Below the pieces are notes generated by a model that worked only from the letters and a program-made list of their open reading frames with translations, had not been told where the DNA came from and did not search any database. The position numbers were made by a program, and so were the translations under genes. Below, one piece after another: positions 49,704 to 53,869 of a stretch of 53,869 nt of DNA (positions are counted from its first letter, which is position 1; every line of letters starts with the position of its first letter). Location of the stretch: NCBI GenBank assembly GCA_001687465.1, contig LVLI01000276.1, positions 1-53,869 on the forward strand. Direction: 5' to 3'. The stretch is from Halocafeteria seosinensis. Its lineage: Eukaryota.

Positions 49704-52682
49704 ATGAAGTCCGGGTGGCTCCTAGTCGCGCTGGTGCTTCTGTTTTTCTGCGGCAGCAACAAGGAAGTGGAAGCTAACGAAACGAATACCCCAACCGTAT
49801 CACCTTCTGTCACTCCTTCGCCTTCAGAGACGGCGTCATCCTGTGCTTCCTCATCCGAAACTGCATCATCAAGTCCCTCTGCCTCGGTGACCGCGTCGTT
49901 CAGTCCGTCATCTTCGGTGTCGGCATCCTTCAGTCCAAGCCCATCCGAATCAGCATCTTCAAGTCCGACTCCCTCCAAATCAGCATCTTCTAGCCTAAGC
50001 CCCTCTGAGTCAGCATCGTCATCAGGGACGCCTTCAGTTTCGTCCAGTGTTTCTCCGTCGGCAAGCATTTCTTCAACGGCTAGTGCTTCGCCTTCTCCCA
50101 GTGTCTCCAATACGCCTACGGCTTCCAATACTGTAAGCAGTTCTCCTACCACATCAGTGACTAGGAGTGCTTCATCTACTCCCTCTGAATCACCGTCTCC
50201 CTCAGAAACTCCTTCAACAAGTGCCACACCGTCTATAAGTTCATCGGTTACTGGCACGCCGTCTGTGTCTCCATCGCTTACCGCTACAACATCTACGAGT
50301 CCGACAAATTCGCCAACATCCAGTGTTACTGCCAGCATCAGTGTTTCTCCATCGGCTACTGCTTCGCCGTCAACAAGCGGATCTACATCTCCCTCGCATA
50401 CTGCTTCAGTTTCTGCAAGCTCTTCCCCTTCGCGTACGTCGTCTCGGACGGCTTCTTTGTCTCCCACCGCTAGCGCATCTCACAGTGCAACGGGTACAGC
50501 TACTTCTTCTATGACGGCGACAGTTACACCTTCACCTAGTCGGTCGGTTACTAGCACGCCTTCTGTTACGGCGACACCCAGTATCACCCCTTCAGAAACG
50601 CCAACTCGGACAGTTTCCGCAACGCGCACTGAAACTGCATCTCCGACTTCTAGCAACACGGGAACGCCGACAGCTTCCTCTTCCCGAACACCTACTCCTT
50701 CAAGTACCCCTACACGGACCAGAACGTCTTCTGTAACTCCTTCTAGTTCTGTAACTCCCTCTAGCGTAAGTTTACACATGGCAGTGTAACCTCGAACCAA
50801 ACTATTTCATTGCTTTACCCCGGTAGTTTTACAGACTCCTTCACATACGGGCACACGCACACCGACGTTCTCGCCTAGGGCAACGTCGGTAAGTAGAGGT
50901 ATTCTGTGTGCCGTTATTGTAAAAGTTGAGTTTGTGACTGGCCCATGTGTACAGGTTACTAGGAAGGGGAGTGTAGGGCGTAGTAGCATCGAAGAGGTGA
51001 ACACATGTGGTTCCGCAACAGATTTAGGTCAGAAGGACGGAGTTGCTTTCCTCGAGACTGGCTTAAGCGGATCTGGCGATTCAATGCTTCTGGAGGGCTA
51101 TCCGGACAGTGAAGGGGGAGCGGGTTCAATCTTGCTTACCCCAATGGAGGCGTTTGAGCAGTGCGAAGATAAGCAGTTACAAATACAATGTCCGGATTGT
51201 TCAGAAGGGCTTGTCATCGGCAGGAGCGTCGATATCTTCCGTTTCGATGAAGAGGCCTTACTTATCTTTGCCACTGCGGCTGGAAACAACGGCAGGATCT
51301 TGGTAGTCGTCGCCGGCATGGACGATGAAGGGAAAACTACGGAGGCTTCCCCTGTACCTATTTCTGTGAGTTGTTCGATTGAGGGCACGTTAGAAGCGTT
51401 TCACTATATAGGCTCTCCGGCATACCCCTTGGTAATTGCATCTATGGATTGCGATGGCTCTGGAAACAGAGCTGTCATCTTGGGGACAGATTCGCATGAC
51501 TGGATCGAGGAGAAATCTGCGCCGGCTTCGTTTACGCGTCTGAGAACGCTGTCTCTGGTTTCACCCATATTTTCAGTGTCCCCGGACAGAAAGTTTGTCA
51601 TAGCTTTCAGTCGCCAGTCCCCTAGCAGCGGAACATCAGCTGCATTTATATGTTACGGCGACGGCGCAACAAGTTGTGTAGGGTTTCGTTTACAGTTTCG
51701 ACCTTTGGATACCATTAGCGGTGCCCGTTGGGTTTCGAGCGACATATTAGTCGTGTACGGGCTTTTAGACGATCAAAGAGAGAATGTGGGGACCCTTGTG
51801 CTCTTGCAGAACCTGCCCTCTGTTGAGGCTGGGACAGTGGTACGTTCCGAGGATGGCGTACGGTCTCAGGCATTTGATCTTGTCTTTAGGCTAAGGGACG
51901 GTGGGAAACCAATTCAAGGGCTGGATATACTCGCTGTCACCCTTCAAGAAGGGAATGCAAACGATCGCTTCCTTCGCAGGTATTTGGCTGACGATGCTAA
52001 TTTCAATTTGATAATCAATGGGCAAAGTGATGGCAGATCTCGTACCCTCCGACATCAATTGCAAGGCGTCAACTCAGACTCGGACGATACGGAGGAGGCA
52101 AGTGGCTCGGACGAGGCTTTTGTTCTCGAAGGTGATTCCTCTCTGTCGGCCATCGCTCTGGGTGGCGTCATAGCAGTTGTGCTCGTTGTATTAGTCGTAT
52201 ATGCGGTGTATATTGCAACTAGTGGGAACCGCAAACAGCGACAGACTGCTAAAACAAACGCCGGCATTCATCATCCAGGAGTGCAACGGCCAAGAGCCCG
52301 CCCTCCTCTTAGGATATACTCTACGTCAAGTTCTACACGGGCTGCAGCTTCAGGCCAAAAGAATAGCCGTCCTCCCATTAGGCGATTTTCTTCTAGCTCC
52401 ACTATCTCCACGAGGCCTGACACCCGCACGCAGCCCCACCGAGTTAAGAATCCATATAGGGGGAAGAGTATGAGACGGGCTTCAACACAGAGTTTTGGCT
52501 CACTCTCTTTAGCAAGGCACTCAGTTACATCAGCTGATGACTGGTCTAAAGCAAAGCAGCACAACAAACCGTTTTCCTCCATGCGGAGTGTGCCACGCCG
52601 TCAAGGAGATGTACACAAGCCACCCCGTCGTGGCCACTCCGGCGATTCTCAGTGGTTCGAGAATCCAGTAAAACGTCACTAA
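49704..52682 (+). CDS. Mucin-like type I membrane glycoprotein (signal peptide, Ser/Thr/Pro stalk, globular ectodomain, TM, basic tail)
   Basis: Signal MKSGWLLVALVLLFFCG, ~350 aa of S/T/P repeats, introns 50766-50834 and 50889-50954, TM IALGGVIAVVLVVLVVYAVYIA. Confidence 0.85.
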
Positions 52683-53168
52683 TAACAGATCCCAGTCGAT
52701 CGGACTCATCATAGTATGTTCGAAACGCTATGTATGTCGTATAATTGCTGAGCGGTTTTATTCCAAGCTCGCGACCCAAGCAATTGGAGCTCCCAGCGGA
52801 GAGTTACGAGATGGCAACTGTCATCAGGTAGAAAATATAAATTCTGCGCGTTCTCCTCAAACCAATTAACTCCAAAGACAAGAATAAACCGAACTCCAAA
52901 ATCCGACATAGAACTCCAATGCCCCCTCGGTGAATACCGCACCCGTAATGTGGTGTGTGTGTGTCCCAGCTATCGTTACTGCCTCCCTGTTCAGTCCTCG
53001 CGACATCATTCCGAGTGGGGATAGTGTCGAAAATTGGTAACTTCGATTCTCAGATTGAAAGTGGTGCCGATGATGTGTAGGGAGAAATCACAGAAAATCG
53101 CGCGCTATTGGCATAAATACTAATGGCAGTACTCGAAAGAAACGACAGGCCTTTTCATACTACTTCCG

Positions 53169-53869
53169 CACACGTGACAGATAACCCACCGGCCAGGAAG
53201 TTGACCGCATCCTCTTAACGAGGAGCGGTATGCGCCGTGTTAAGCAGCGACGGGCTCGCTGTTCGTGCAGCCTCGGTGACATGCGCCGTGAGGGAACGCA
53301 ACACTGGTTTTGCTCAGGAGGCATCGGGGGTGGCGCTATACCCGCGACAGCGGTGTCAGGATTGCCGACAAGGTCCAGTCTAGGAGGAGACGGGGCACAG
53401 CACGCCAGGACCAGTTGTAGCAGCGCAATTAGGGTTTAGCATTGGCCCAGACGAAGCAGTTGTAGCCATTGACGTGCCGCCACCTGACGTGGAAGATGGC
53501 GCCCCAGGAATTCCGTCCAGCTCAGTTTCGTCAACATGGCCCAGATTGTAGTACAACATCTCCTGCTCGAGGTCAAAGAAGATGAAGAACGTGTGGCTAC
53601 CTAGGTCCTTTTCAAGCCACGAAACCTGTTTCCACGTCCGCGCCGAGTCTGGGTAGTCCTTCCAGTGGACGAGGATCCGCTTGTCGTGGATCCTGAAGTC
53701 GATAAGACTCTCAACATCATCTACCACACACACAAATGTGACAGATAGCCCACCGGCCGGGAAGTTGACCACATCCTCTTAACGAGGAGCGGTAAGCGCC
53801 CGTGTTAAGCAGCGACGGGCCCGCTGTTCCTGCAGCCTTGCTGACATGCGCCGTGGGGGAACACAGCAC
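53169..53869 (-). mobile_element. Two head-to-tail family A 3' ends; the inner copy carries a chromodomain-coding segment
   Basis: ~130-bp direct repeats at 53175-53304 and 53739-53869 each end in a TG tail on the minus strand. The chromodomain DVESLID...RILVHWKDYPDSARTWKQVSWLEKDLG lies at 53599-53718. Confidence 0.7.

Noticed and set aside
49670..50800. Long acidic minus-strand ORFs (also 36765-37298)
   Set aside because: Antisense shadows of Ser/Thr/Pro repeat coding sequence.
53175..53304. Hammerhead, HDV or twister ribozyme within family A
   Set aside because: There is no CUGANGA/GAAA core, and HDV P3/P1 pairing could not be built around tcctcg.
1..53869. CRISPR array, rRNA, prokaryotic operons or an intact viral insertion
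   Set aside because: No regularly spaced repeats, rRNA signatures or capsid/polymerase genes were seen, and the genes contain spliceosomal introns.

Overview
Gene-dense genomic DNA from a unicellular eukaryote (short 60-95 nt GT-AG introns, standard code; a protist, possibly a stramenopile, which is an inference). Core genes: a coiled-coil protein, PTPA, a TTLL ligase, a multi-pass membrane protein, the cohesin loader Scc2/NIPBL, tRNA-Thr(UGU), Kish/TMEM167, a PSTAIRE CDK, WBP11, RPL13A, a divergent MTHFR and a mucin-like type I membrane protein. Two accessory zones are interleaved. The first (~8.9-14.2 kb) holds a frameshifted Crinkler-type NTPase + PD-(D/E)xK nuclease gene flanked by repeat fragments. 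The second (~35.5-49.4 kb plus the last 700 bp) holds a GLUG-like repeat gene array, a pogo-type DNA transposon with perfect 30-bp TIRs whose transposase ends in SAP + chromodomain, a tandem birth-and-death array of compact divergent XRN 5'-3' exoribonucleases, and a (TG)n-tailed retroposon family that carries a very similar chromodomain. All calls come from manual motif reading and alignment by eye; no searches were run.
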